From Desulfobacterales bacterium (GTDB lineage: Bacteria; Desulfobacterota; Desulfobacteria; Desulfobacterales; UBA2174), in assembly GCA_963668645.2 (NCBI GenBank), contig CAXXWC010000021.1, positions 1,536,001-1,600,000 of the forward strand: 64,000 bases of DNA. Reading direction: 5' to 3'. The notes beneath the pieces were generated by a model, which saw only the letters and a program-made list of their open reading frames with translations, did no database searches and had not been told where the DNA came from. A program made the translations under genes and the position numbers. The number at the start of each line of letters is the position of its first letter. The stretch's first letter is position 1. Of the stretch, positions 28,748-38,164 are shown piece by piece.

Positions 28748-29799
28748 GGCTCGGCATGGAGACCAAAGTGAAAAAAGAGTATCTCGTCCTGGCACTACTC
28801 ATCGTTGCGTTGTCCGGATACCTGTTCTGGCAGCGCCAGGAGCGCACCGCCTACAAGTTGCCGGCACTGCCGGCAGTGGAACGCGACGCCATTACCCGCA
28901 TCGAGATCGACCGCCCAGGACACCCCCAGGTCCACCTGAAGAGCGTCAACGGATCATGGCATGTCGGGGCCGAAGAATATGCCGCCGACGGCGACAAGAT
29001 CAAAGGGATGCTCGACATCATCTCCTCCTTGCAGCTCACCGCGCTGGTCTCCGAGACGCGCAGCTACGACCGCTACGAACTGGACGAGGCCCATCGCATC
29101 CGGGTACGGGCCTGGGCCGGCGACAACCTCAAGCGGGATATGGCCATCGGCAAATCGGCCCCCACCTACCGGCACACCTTCGTGAGAGTGGGCGAAGATC
29201 CCAGCGTCTACCATGCCCGGGAAGATTTCCGCGGACGCTTTGACCGCGACCTGGACCAGATGCGCGACAAAAGCGTGATGGCTTTTAAGCGCGATACGAT
29301 CCGGTCCTTGACGCTCCAGGCCGGCAGCGGCGAACCGGTGCGCTTTACCCGCCAGGGGCCGGCCGAATCCGCATCGGACAAGGATGCCAAGGAGGCCAAA
29401 GCGCCAGCGCCGCCCTGGCTGGACGCCAAGGGCCAGCCGGCCGACAGTGCCACCATCGACCAGGTACTGGGCAGCCTGGCGACCTTGGAATGTGCCGCCT
29501 ATCTCTACGACAAGACCAAGACCGACCTGGAAGGCAAAGATCCGCAATACATCCTGACCCTGGAAGGCGAAAAAAGCCTGCGCCTGGTCCTTTTCGCCCC
29601 CGAGGGTTCAGGTGAAGCCGAAAAACAGCGTGCCGCCATCTCATCGGAAAACGACTACCCCTTTCTGCTCTCGGCGTTTTTGAGCAAGGAACTCGCCGAG
29701 CAGATCGACAAGCTGACCGGCACGACCCCTTCCGGCGGCGCCGGCCAGGGGAAACCCGCAGAGGGGGAGGACCAGAATCGCGAAAGTCCGAAATCGTGA
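28744..29799 (+). CDS. DUF4340 domain protein (start may be 28756)
   Basis: N-terminal TM anchor; W..ADxxKIxxML..L, YEL, IGK..P..TFVR, RDK pattern; typical fourth gene of GldAFG-like operons. Confidence 0.72.
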   Translation: MRLGMETKVKKEYLVLALLIVALSGYLFWQRQERTAYKLPALPAVERDAITRIEIDRPGHPQVHLKSVNGSWHVGAEEYAADGDKIKGMLDIISSLQLTALVSETRSYDRYELDEAHRIRVRAWAGDNLKRDMAIGKSAPTYRHTFVRVGEDPSVYHAREDFRGRFDRDLDQMRDKSVMAFKRDTIRSLTLQAGSGEPVRFTRQGPAESASDKDAKEAKAPAPPWLDAKGQPADSATIDQVLGSLATLECAAYLYDKTKTDLEGKDPQYILTLEGEKSLRLVLFAPEGSGEAEKQRAAISSENDYPFLLSAFLSKELAEQIDKLTGTTPSGGAGQGKPAEGEDQNRESPKS

Positions 29800-29824
29800 C
29801 CGGTCCTTTACGAAGGGTGCGTTG

Positions 29825-30826
29825 ATGCCATCACAAGAATGGAGTCCGGGCCGCCTGCTCCAGGTTTCCGGAGCTTACTGGCAAACCTGCGCCCTGCATG
29901 CCGCCGTAAAGCTCGGGGTGTTCACCGCCCTTGGACGAGACCGGCTCGACGCGGCCCAGGCGACTGAACGGCTCGGCACCCAGGAGCGGGCCACCGCCAT
30001 GCTCCTCAACGCCCTGGCGGCCATGGGGCTGCTGGAAAAGGCCCGGGGGCTGTACGCCAACACCGAGGCCGCCAAACGCTTCCTGGTGCGCGACACACCC
30101 GGCTATGTGGGCCATATGATCCTGCACCACCACCATCTGGCGCCATCCTGGGTCCAACTGGACCGGGCAGTGCGCGACGGCTCTGCGGTGCGCGAGAGGG
30201 CCTCTTCCGGTTCCGGCAAGCCGGAAATGCGTGAAGCCTTTTTGATGGGCATGTTCAACAACGCCATGCTCCAAGCCCCGGACGTGGCGGCTGCGGTCGA
30301 TCTTGCCGGCCGCCGGCACCTGCTCGACCTCGGCGGCGGCCCGGGCACCTACGCCATCCATTTCTGCCAGGCCAATCCGGCACTGAAGGCCACGGTCTTC
30401 GATCTTCCCACCACCGGCTTTTTTGCCGAAAGAACCGTTGCCCGCTTCGATCTGAGCCAGCGGATCACCTTCGCCGGCGGCGACTTTCACAGTGATCGGC
30501 TGCCGCAAGGATTCGATGCCGCCTGGCTTTCACACGTACTCCACGGCGAAGCCCCCGAGGCCGCGGCCGCCATCGTGCGCAAGGCCGCCAAAGCCCTGGA
30601 ACCGGGCGGGCTGCTGATGATTCATGAATTCATCTTGGACGACACAGCCGACGGCCCCCTGTTTGCCACCCTTTTCTCCCTCAACATGCTCCTGAACACC
30701 CAGGGCGGTCAAAGCTACACCGACGGCGAAATCCGGCAGATGCTGGCTGCGGCCGGAGGCCGGCAGATCCGGCGTCTCGGTTTTCGCGGTCCCACCGATT
30801 CGGGGATCATTTGCGCCACAGTCTAA
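29825..30826 (+). CDS. SAM-dependent O-methyltransferase with dimerisation domain
   Basis: LHAAVKLGVF wHTH; LLDLGGGPG, VFDLP, GGDF, LSHVLH, ALEPGG. Confidence 0.88.
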   Translation: MPSQEWSPGRLLQVSGAYWQTCALHAAVKLGVFTALGRDRLDAAQATERLGTQERATAMLLNALAAMGLLEKARGLYANTEAAKRFLVRDTPGYVGHMILHHHHLAPSWVQLDRAVRDGSAVRERASSGSGKPEMREAFLMGMFNNAMLQAPDVAAAVDLAGRRHLLDLGGGPGTYAIHFCQANPALKATVFDLPTTGFFAERTVARFDLSQRITFAGGDFHSDRLPQGFDAAWLSHVLHGEAPEAAAAIVRKAAKALEPGGLLMIHEFILDDTADGPLFATLFSLNMLLNTQGGQSYTDGEIRQMLAAAGGRQIRRLGFRGPTDSGIICATV

Positions 30827-31965
30827 ACGCGTCTCACCCCGGCCCCCCCGCCCTGATCCGCCGGAACCTGGACCTGTGGTACCGGACCCATCGGCGCGAC
30901 CTGCCGTGGCGGCGCACTACGGATCCTTACGCCATCTGGGTTTCGGAGGTCATGCTGCAGCAGACCCAGGTGGCCACGGTGATCCCCTATTATGAGCGCT
31001 GGCTGGCTCGATTTGAAAGCATCGGCCATCTGGCGGCCGCAGACCTGCAAACGGTTCTCAAATCATGGGAAGGACTGGGCTACTATGCCCGGGCGCGCAA
31101 CTTTCACCGGGCCGCACAAATTGTGGCCCAACGCTACGAGGGCCGCATTCCCGAAGATGTGGCCGCTTTCCGGGCCCTGCCCGGGGTGGGAGACTACATC
31201 GCGGCGGCGGTGTTGAGCATCGCCTTCCACCACCCCCTGGCGGTTGTGGACGGCAATGTCAAAAGGGTCCTGGCCCGTTTTCTAAAGCTCGAAACGCCAG
31301 CAAACGCGCCAAGGGCCCACAGGATGTTCGCCCCCCTGGCGGCGCAATGGCTCGATCCGCTACGTCCCGGACGGTCCAATCAGGCCGTGATGGAACTCGG
31401 GGCCCTGGTCTGCACGCCACGCCGGCCCCGGTGCGGCGGCTGTCCTTTGGCGTTCGGTTGCCTCTCGCTGGCAGATGGCTGCCAGGCAGAATATCCGCGC
31501 CGGCTGGCAAAAAAGCCGGCCCCCGAGCATCGCTTGGCCACGGCCGTTATTTTCAAAAATGGCCGGTTGCTCATCGTTCAACGCCCTCTGGATGGGTTGC
31601 TGGGCGGGCTGTGGGAATTTCCCGCGGTGCGCCTTGCCGCCGGTCTGACACCCGAGGCCGCCTGCACCGCGTTGATCTGTGAGATGCTGAACATCCAGGT
31701 CCGGATCGAGGATCATCTCGGGCGCATCCGCCACGCCTACACCCATTTCAGGATCGTGGCCGAGGTGCTGCGCTGCGCATGGCAAGCCGGCCGGGTCCGG
31801 CGCCGCGGGCCGGCGGATCATCGCTGGGTGAAGCCCGGCCAGCTTGCCGGGTATCCACTGACCGGAGCGGCCCGCAAGGTGCAAGAGCGTGTTTTCGCCT
31901 CGTGTGACAATGACCCGGCCCGCGCCTTGGTGCCCCTCAAGGTTGAATTGGATCCCCGCGGCTGA
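30811..31965 (+). CDS. mutY: A/G-specific adenine glycosylase
   Basis: RDLPWR, WVSEVMLQQTQV, WEGLGYYARARN, LPGVGDY, VDGNVKRV, C-x6-C-x2-C-x5-C, GGLWEFP, HAYTHF. Exact start uncertain. Confidence 0.95.
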   Translation: MRHSLNASHPGPPALIRRNLDLWYRTHRRDLPWRRTTDPYAIWVSEVMLQQTQVATVIPYYERWLARFESIGHLAAADLQTVLKSWEGLGYYARARNFHRAAQIVAQRYEGRIPEDVAAFRALPGVGDYIAAAVLSIAFHHPLAVVDGNVKRVLARFLKLETPANAPRAHRMFAPLAAQWLDPLRPGRSNQAVMELGALVCTPRRPRCGGCPLAFGCLSLADGCQAEYPRRLAKKPAPEHRLATAVIFKNGRLLIVQRPLDGLLGGLWEFPAVRLAAGLTPEAACTALICEMLNIQVRIEDHLGRIRHAYTHFRIVAEVLRCAWQAGRVRRRGPADHRWVKPGQLAGYPLTGAARKVQERVFASCDNDPARALVPLKVELDPRG

Positions 31966-31983
31966 TCAATGGCCGCACTTTAT

Positions 31984-32865
31984 TCATTTCCCGCCATGAT
32001 ACCGGATCAGCCCCTCCTGGGCCACGACGGCCACCAGGGCGCCGTCGCGGCTGTAGATCCGGCCGAAAACCAGTCCCCGGGCCTGGGCGGCGCGAGGGCT
32101 TTCCATGCAGTAGAGCAGCCAATCGTCCATACGGAAATCCCGGTAGAACCACAGGGCGTGGTCGAGGCTGGCGACTTGCATCTCGCGATCCCAGAATCCG
32201 TGGCCGTGGGGGTAGAGAGAAGTAATCACCAGGCCGAAATCTGAGGCGTAAGCCAGCATGTACTGGTGGACGGCCGGATCGTCGGGCAGCCGTCCGACAG
32301 CCCTGAACCAGATATTTCTGACCGGTGGCTGTTTTTGCGGGGCGAAGGGATCCATGGGGTTGACCGGCCTGAACTCGATGGGCTTGCGGCACAGCAAGCG
32401 GGAGCGGATCGGCTCCGAAATGCGATCGACCACCGTCATCAGAAGCTCTCGCTCGGAGGCGATCCCCTCGGGGCCGGGGACCTCTGGCAGGTCGTCCTGG
32501 TGCTCGAAGCCACTTTCCGATTTCTGGAACGAGACCGACAGGTTGAAGGCCGCCCGGCCCTTTTGGATCGCCACCACGCGGCGGGTGGTGAAGCTACTGC
32601 CGTCGCGGATGCAGTCCACGTTGTAAACGAAGGGCCGGGTCGGGTCGCCGGGCCGGAGGAAATAGCCGTGCAGACTGTGGACCCGGCGTTCGGGCGGCAC
32701 GGTCTGGGAAGCCGCCGACAGGGCCTGGCCAAGCACCTGGCCTCCGAACACCGCCCCAAATCCCAGATCCTGGCTCTGGCCGCGGAATATGTTCTCCTCG
32801 ATCTTTTCCAGCTTAAGCAGTTCCAGCAGTTCCTGAAGGACGTTTTCTTGTGCACATTCTTTCAT
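31984..32865 (-). CDS. tesB: Acyl-CoA thioesterase II
   Basis: VFGGQVLGQAL, HSLHGYFLRPG, RDGSSFTTRRV, LAYASD, ASLDHALWF, VAQEGLIR. Confidence 0.95.
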   Translation of the reverse strand: MKECAQENVLQELLELLKLEKIEENIFRGQSQDLGFGAVFGGQVLGQALSAASQTVPPERRVHSLHGYFLRPGDPTRPFVYNVDCIRDGSSFTTRRVVAIQKGRAAFNLSVSFQKSESGFEHQDDLPEVPGPEGIASERELLMTVVDRISEPIRSRLLCRKPIEFRPVNPMDPFAPQKQPPVRNIWFRAVGRLPDDPAVHQYMLAYASDFGLVITSLYPHGHGFWDREMQVASLDHALWFYRDFRMDDWLLYCMESPRAAQARGLVFGRIYSRDGALVAVVAQEGLIRYHGGK

Positions 32866-33180
32866 CGTCGATTCTTTCCTTTGGAGTCATCCCAGCCGCT
32901 CCCGGACGGGGCGGTCTTAATGCAAACTTAGAAAAACGCGAACAGCATCTTAACGGCTCTCGGCCGCTTCCCCTCCTGCCATACCTGACCCGCTGGAAAA
33001 ACCGGCATCTCCGGCATTCCGAACATACACCACGCAAACCGGGTTCGCGATAGCGACGATCTGAAAACCATGAGCAGGTTTCTATCCCGATTTCCCGCCA
33101 AGTTCAACCCACAGGCCGACGCACCGGCAGCTGTAAAAGGGGTTGACTCGCAGCGCCGGTTGGCTGCATATTTGCCGCCA

Positions 33181-33330
33181 CGCATTCTCAGGGCGGGGTG
33201 GAAGTCCCCACCGGCGGTATCCCGGCACAAGCCGGGCAGCCCGCGAGCGCCCTCCCGATCGGCGGGAGGGGTCAGCAGACCAGGTGAGAAACCTGGGCCG
33301 ACGGTAACAGTCCGGATGAAAGAGGATGTG
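33181..33330 (+). ncRNA. FMN riboswitch (RFN element)
   Basis: TCTCAGGGCGGGGTGGAAGTCCCCACCGGCGGT..AGCCCGCGAGC..GTCAGCAGACCAGGTGAGAAACCTGGGCCGACGGTAACAGTCCGGATGAAAGAG; directly upstream of ribB. Confidence 0.96.
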
Positions 33331-33457
33331 AAAGCCAGCACCCGGCGTGCGCTATCGGTGCGCACCCGTCATGCGTCGTGGGCCTGCGGCCCGCGCTCCC
33401 CCGTCTGCCTTTCACACGCCCTGGTTCTGCCAATCTTTTTTTTGCAAGGAGAACATC

Positions 33458-34102
33458 GTGAACCAGTCCCTTTTATCCCGTTTCGGAGACGCGCCGGCGC
33501 GCGTGGAAAACGCCCTCGAAGCCCTGGCCCGCGGCAACGGAGTCCTGGTCAGCGACGATGAGCAGCGCGAGAACGAAGGCGACCTGATCTTTGCCGCCGA
33601 AACTCTCACCGAGGCACAGATGGCCATGCTCATCCGCGAATGCAGCGGCATCGTCTGCCTCTGCCTCACCGGCGAGCGGATCCGCCGGCTCGACCTGCCG
33701 TTGATGGTCGAAAAAAACAGCAGCCGTTACGGCACCGCCTTTACCGTTTCGGTGGAGGCCGCCTGCGGGGTGACGACCGGCGTGTCGGCCCGGGACCGGG
33801 TTACCACGGTGCGCGCCGCCATCGCCGACGATGCCCGGCCCGAAGACCTCCACCGGCCCGGGCATGTGTTTCCACTGCGGGCCCGGCCCGGCGGCGTGCT
33901 GGAACGCCCTGGGCACACCGAGGCCACCGTAGATCTCATGCGTCTGGCCGGGCTCAGGCCCTGCGGTGTACTCTGTGAACTGACCAACCCGGACGGCACC
34001 ATGGCCCGCCTGCCGGAAATCGTGGCCTTTGCCGAACTTCACCGTTTCGCGGTCTGCACGGTGAGCGACCTGGTGGACTACCGCCGGCAGAGGTGCGACT
34101 GA
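33458..34102 (+). CDS. ribB: 3,4-dihydroxy-2-butanone 4-phosphate synthase
   Basis: [52 protein letters not shown] start behind AGGAG. Confidence 0.96.
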   Translation: MNQSLLSRFGDAPARVENALEALARGNGVLVSDDEQRENEGDLIFAAETLTEAQMAMLIRECSGIVCLCLTGERIRRLDLPLMVEKNSSRYGTAFTVSVEAACGVTTGVSARDRVTTVRAAIADDARPEDLHRPGHVFPLRARPGGVLERPGHTEATVDLMRLAGLRPCGVLCELTNPDGTMARLPEIVAFAELHRFAVCTVSDLVDYRRQRCD

Positions 34103-34161
34103 ACCCCAGGTCCGGCATCGCCAAAACGATGGTCGCCCACCGCCGCCCCGAGAAGGCTGTC

Positions 34162-34287
34162 TTTCAGATTGAAAGGCAGCCTTTCTATCTGAAACACACA
34201 ACCGTCCTCCCGGTCTTTTCCGAAAATCGATAATACCCTGGCATATTACCAGAAAAACAAATCCATGGCAGGTGGAACACTCCTTGC
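34162..34287 (+). promoter_or_regulatory. sigma-54 promoter with tandem upstream activator sites
   Basis: TTTCAGATTGAAA (34162-34174) and TTTCTATCTGAAA (34182-34194); TGGAAC-N5-TTGC at 34273-34287. Confidence 0.7.
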
Positions 34288-34360
34288 TTTACTTCGGGTC
34301 AGATGCCGCAGGTACTGTTCACCGGTATCGCCGAAAGACGCCGACCAAAGGAGGTGCCCC

Positions 34361-34723
34361 ATGAAAAGAAAGATCGCCATGGCAGGGTGGATTGGGCTGG
34401 TGCTGATCGCACTGCTGATTGCGGGCTCGACCTGGGCCGGTGACCCGGGTGCCGGCGTGGTCAGCCGCGCGGATTACGAATTTATCAAAAACGGCGGCCA
34501 AACCGGGAATCACACCCCTCTGGGCCAAGGGCTCCAAGCGTCGGTGGTCAGCCCCCGGGATGAAAACTTCGTTCGCAACGGCGGCACACCGGGCAATGAA
34601 ACGCCGCTGCACGGCAATGCGTCGGTGGGCAAGATAAATCAGGCCGATTACGATTTCATCACCCGGGAAAACAAGAGTATACCGGCTTTTGCCACCGCCC
34701 AGTGGTGGCTCGGCCGCAAATAG
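34361..34723 (+). CDS. Small secreted protein (120 aa) with three internal repeats
   Basis: AAGGAGGT RBS; signal peptide ending TWA; repeats VVSRADYEFIKNGG / VVSPRDENFVRNGG / KINQADYDFITRE. Confidence 0.75.
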   Translation: MKRKIAMAGWIGLVLIALLIAGSTWAGDPGAGVVSRADYEFIKNGGQTGNHTPLGQGLQASVVSPRDENFVRNGGTPGNETPLHGNASVGKINQADYDFITRENKSIPAFATAQWWLGRK

Positions 34724-34871
34724 GTCCTCCTTCCGCCGGCCCCCGAGACACCATTCCCCACGGGCAGATAAAGGCGGAAAACCGGTGGTCGGCCCTCCCG
34801 CAGCAAGCCCCCAATGCCGGAGGGCCGGCCATCGTCATTTTTCCACTTCCATTTTACTTTTTAAAAAGACC

Positions 34872-36536
34872 TTACCGGTCGGCCTCGTCGTTCGGCAGCG
34901 GCGCCCAGGCACCCTCTTTTATTCGACGCCAGAGCGTCACTTCGCTGACCCCGAGAATCCGGGCCGCCTCCCGCCGGTTGCCGCCGCACGAATCCAGGAC
35001 GTAGCGCGCGTAGCGCGACTCGACCTCTTTGAGCGGGGGCAGGTCAGCAAAAGCATTTTCCGGCTGCACGGCCTCGCTGTCGGTCACCGGCGGTGGCAGG
35101 TGTTCCGGACGGATCGGCCCGCTGCCGGCCAGCACGTGGCCGAATTCCATCCAGTTTTTCAACTCGCGTACATTTCCCGGCCAGGTGTAGGCATAAAGCC
35201 TGTGGGCGGTCTCCGGTGAAAGGCCCGGGTGGCCGGGTGCCAGTTTCTCGAGAAAATGCCGGGCGAGCATCAGGATATCTCCCCGTCGCCGCCTCAGCGG
35301 CGGGATATCGATGGGAAACACCGCCAGACGAAAGAAAAGGTCCTGCCGGAAGGCCCCATCGGCCAGCCTCTGGCGCAGGTTCTGGTTAGTGGCTGCGATA
35401 ATCCTGGCCGCCACCGGCACGTGTTTGAGCCCGCCCACCGGCCGCACCTCTCGTTCGTTGATGGCCCGCAGCAGCTTGGCCTGCAAATCCGGGGAAAGCT
35501 CGCCGATCTCATCGAGAAATATCGTGCCGTTACCGGCTTCCACAAACAGCCCCTTGTGGCTGCTGTCCGCACCGGTAAAGGCGCCGCGCACGTGGCCGAA
35601 CATCTCGCTTTCCAGCAGCTGCGGGGGCAGGGCCGCGCAGTTGACCGCCAGAAATGGTTCCCCGGCATCCTGCGAGTGGCTGTGAATGTAATGGGCCACC
35701 ACCTCCTTGCCGACCCCGCTTTCGCCTTGGATAAGCACCGATGCCCGGGTCGGGGCCACCTTGCCGGCCATGGCCATGACCTGATCCATTTCATGGCTGC
35801 AGTAGACAATGCCCTCAGCCGCGCCGGGACGCGAGGTGCCGCCGTCCGAGGCCAGCGGCAAGTGCTGGATCCGACGGGTTCGTGCGGCCAGATTGCGCCG
35901 GGCCTGGGCCGGAATGTCCGCCAGGTCGATGTCGGCCATCTGGGCGTATTCGTATGAACGCAGCGCGTCGGCCTGGTCGCCCCATTCCGCGGCGGTACGC
36001 ACTTCGAAGGTACAAAAGGCGTGCCCCATGGCCTGGCATGCGGTTTCACGGCAGATCACCTCTTCACCCATCACCGCACTGGCATAGCCGCTGAACATTG
36101 CGCAAAGCACCGTGCAGACCGGCTCAACGCTCAACTGGTCGTTGCGGCTCGTCCAGGTATCAACCGCGATGCACTCGCGCCACCGCCCCGTAATGTACAA
36201 CCGGTGCAGTTCCGCCTCGATGTGAAGCGCGTCCATGTCTATACGCGCGATGCCGACCATGCGCGCCAGGTGGCCGCCGGCCTCCAGCCATTCGGCCTTG
36301 GTGTCAAATTCGTAGAGGCTGCCGATGTTCAGCGCCGCCATGAGACCGGTCTTGAATCCGAACCGGCACAGCAGGTCGCGGCTGCGCTCAGGACCGAGCT
36401 GCTCGCTGAAACCGACCAGCAGTTCGATCAGCGGGTTCCGGTTCAGGATCAGCATCTGCTGCGATCCGACATGCGGAAAGCCGTCGGCCCCCTGCTGGTT
36501 CAGGAGTTCTCTGAGCCGTAAATCTTTTGACTGCAT
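34872..36536 (-). CDS. sigma-54 enhancer-binding protein, XylR_N/V4R type
   Basis: N-terminal XylR/V4R features (RFGF..G, PVC..L..SGYAS, E..C...G...C.F); GESGVGKE, GAFTGA, FLDEIGE, WPGNVREL; C-terminal Fis HTH. Confidence 0.9.
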   Translation of the reverse strand: MQSKDLRLRELLNQQGADGFPHVGSQQMLILNRNPLIELLVGFSEQLGPERSRDLLCRFGFKTGLMAALNIGSLYEFDTKAEWLEAGGHLARMVGIARIDMDALHIEAELHRLYITGRWRECIAVDTWTSRNDQLSVEPVCTVLCAMFSGYASAVMGEEVICRETACQAMGHAFCTFEVRTAAEWGDQADALRSYEYAQMADIDLADIPAQARRNLAARTRRIQHLPLASDGGTSRPGAAEGIVYCSHEMDQVMAMAGKVAPTRASVLIQGESGVGKEVVAHYIHSHSQDAGEPFLAVNCAALPPQLLESEMFGHVRGAFTGADSSHKGLFVEAGNGTIFLDEIGELSPDLQAKLLRAINEREVRPVGGLKHVPVAARIIAATNQNLRQRLADGAFRQDLFFRLAVFPIDIPPLRRRRGDILMLARHFLEKLAPGHPGLSPETAHRLYAYTWPGNVRELKNWMEFGHVLAGSGPIRPEHLPPPVTDSEAVQPENAFADLPPLKEVESRYARYVLDSCGGNRREAARILGVSEVTLWRRIKEGAWAPLPNDEADR

Positions 36537-36619
36537 CGGTGGTTTTTCTCCTCGGGCTCCTGCGGATCGAAGGTCAGCCTGTTATGAGCATCGCATATTC
36601 CCACCCTTCGCACCATCGT

Positions 36620-36745
36620 TTTCAAAATGAAACCAAATCTTTCAACATGAAAGCCTCCTCCGGGTGCTGCCGGCTCGATCTTGGGCCGGATCGGCTTTCT
36701 TTTAAACGCCTTGCCAAATGGATGAATCGGTGGCTCGAAACGTGC
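36620..36745 (+). promoter_or_regulatory. sigma-54 promoter with tandem upstream activator sites
   Basis: TTTCAAAATGAAA (36620-36632) and TTTCAACATGAAA (36640-36652); TGGCTC-N5-GTGC at 36731-36745. Confidence 0.7.
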
Positions 36746-36877
36746 AAAGCCCATGCCGATTCCAAATCAGTCTCTGATTCTGTTTCTATTCCCACCCTTG
36801 ACATTCCTTGACAGCGACCGAACCGGGCCGGTGGGCGGTCCCGGTGGGGTGGGATATCCATAGGAGAAGGAGGAGAA

Positions 36878-38164
36878 ATGAAACATCTGTTGTTGGCGTT
36901 GGGGTTTACCATCCTGCTGGTGTCCGGGGTCCGGGCAGCCAATGTGGATACGTTCGGCATCGGGTCCAAGGCCACGGCCCTGGGGGGGGCTTTCTCGGCC
37001 CAGACGGACGACCCTTTTGCCGTCCACTACAACCCGGCCGGTTTGGTGCACATTGCCCGGCCCATGGTCTCCGGCGGTGTTCACATGATCGACCCGCAGC
37101 TCGAAGTGCACAACTACCACGTGGCCAGCGCAGACCCGGCGGTCAACGGGTACCGCAGCTTCGACGACGACTCACCCAATCTCTATGTGCCCCACCTGGG
37201 GTTTGCCATGCCCCTGACAGATCGCTGGGCGGCCGGGTTGGCCCTTTACGTGCCTTACGGCCTCGACCTGGAGTGGAGCTCCAACCCAGCCGCCAACCCG
37301 GCGGCCTACAACTGCTTTCACTCCTACTACGGACGGATGGTGGTGACGCCGGCGGCGGCCTACCGCATTGACGAGCACTGGTCAATCGGCTTCGGGGTGG
37401 TCCTGGGCCGTTCGGAAACCGGGATCGAGCACCTGATCTACAATCCACTGGTGCCTGCCCTGCACGGCAAACGGATCAAGGCCGAACTGGAAGACGACTT
37501 CAACCATTCGTTCAACATCGGCGTCCTCTTCCAACCGGTGGAGTCGGTCAGTCTGGGCTTGACCTACCGCAGTGAGGCAAAGGCCGAATTCGAGGGCGAC
37601 ATTCACGTGTATGGCGTACCCGGCCTGGACACAGACATTTCCATGGATTCCATCGATCATCCCCAGCAGATCCAGCTCGGGGTCTGTTACCAACCGCTGC
37701 CCGTCCTGTCGTTCGAAGTCGACCTGGTCTGGACCGAATGGAGCGTGGCGCGTGAACAGCTCACCAGTTTCGACACCGCGTTTCTGGTCTACGGGCCGGA
37801 CGCGCCCCAGCGTCTGAGGCGCGAATGGGACGACACCCTTCAGGTCAAGGTGGGCATCGAATGGCAGACCACAGACATCCTCGCCCTGCGCCTGGGCTAT
37901 TTCTACGACCCGAGCCCGATCCCCGAAGACAGCTTCGACGTGCTCTGGCCGGACGGGGACAAGAAGACCTACTCGCTCGGCTTCGGCCTCGATCTGGGTG
38001 ATTTTACCATCGACGGCGTCTTTCAGTACATCCGTACCGAGGCGGATCGGCAGATCGGCGGTGAGAGCGTCAACCTCAACCACACCTACGGCGATGTACC
38101 GGTATCGCTTTCGGCCAAGGGAGAGCTGTGGGGTGCCGGCCTGACGTTGAGCTATCATTTCTGA
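36878..38164 (+). CDS. FadL/TodX-family outer-membrane transporter for hydrophobic substrates
   Basis: Signal peptide; ALGGA..A..DDPFAVHYNPAGL hatch motif, YVPYGL, GLTYRS, LRLGYFYDPSP; C-terminal YHF. Confidence 0.88.
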   Translation: MKHLLLALGFTILLVSGVRAANVDTFGIGSKATALGGAFSAQTDDPFAVHYNPAGLVHIARPMVSGGVHMIDPQLEVHNYHVASADPAVNGYRSFDDDSPNLYVPHLGFAMPLTDRWAAGLALYVPYGLDLEWSSNPAANPAAYNCFHSYYGRMVVTPAAAYRIDEHWSIGFGVVLGRSETGIEHLIYNPLVPALHGKRIKAELEDDFNHSFNIGVLFQPVESVSLGLTYRSEAKAEFEGDIHVYGVPGLDTDISMDSIDHPQQIQLGVCYQPLPVLSFEVDLVWTEWSVAREQLTSFDTAFLVYGPDAPQRLRREWDDTLQVKVGIEWQTTDILALRLGYFYDPSPIPEDSFDVLWPDGDKKTYSLGFGLDLGDFTIDGVFQYIRTEADRQIGGESVNLNHTYGDVPVSLSAKGELWGAGLTLSYHF

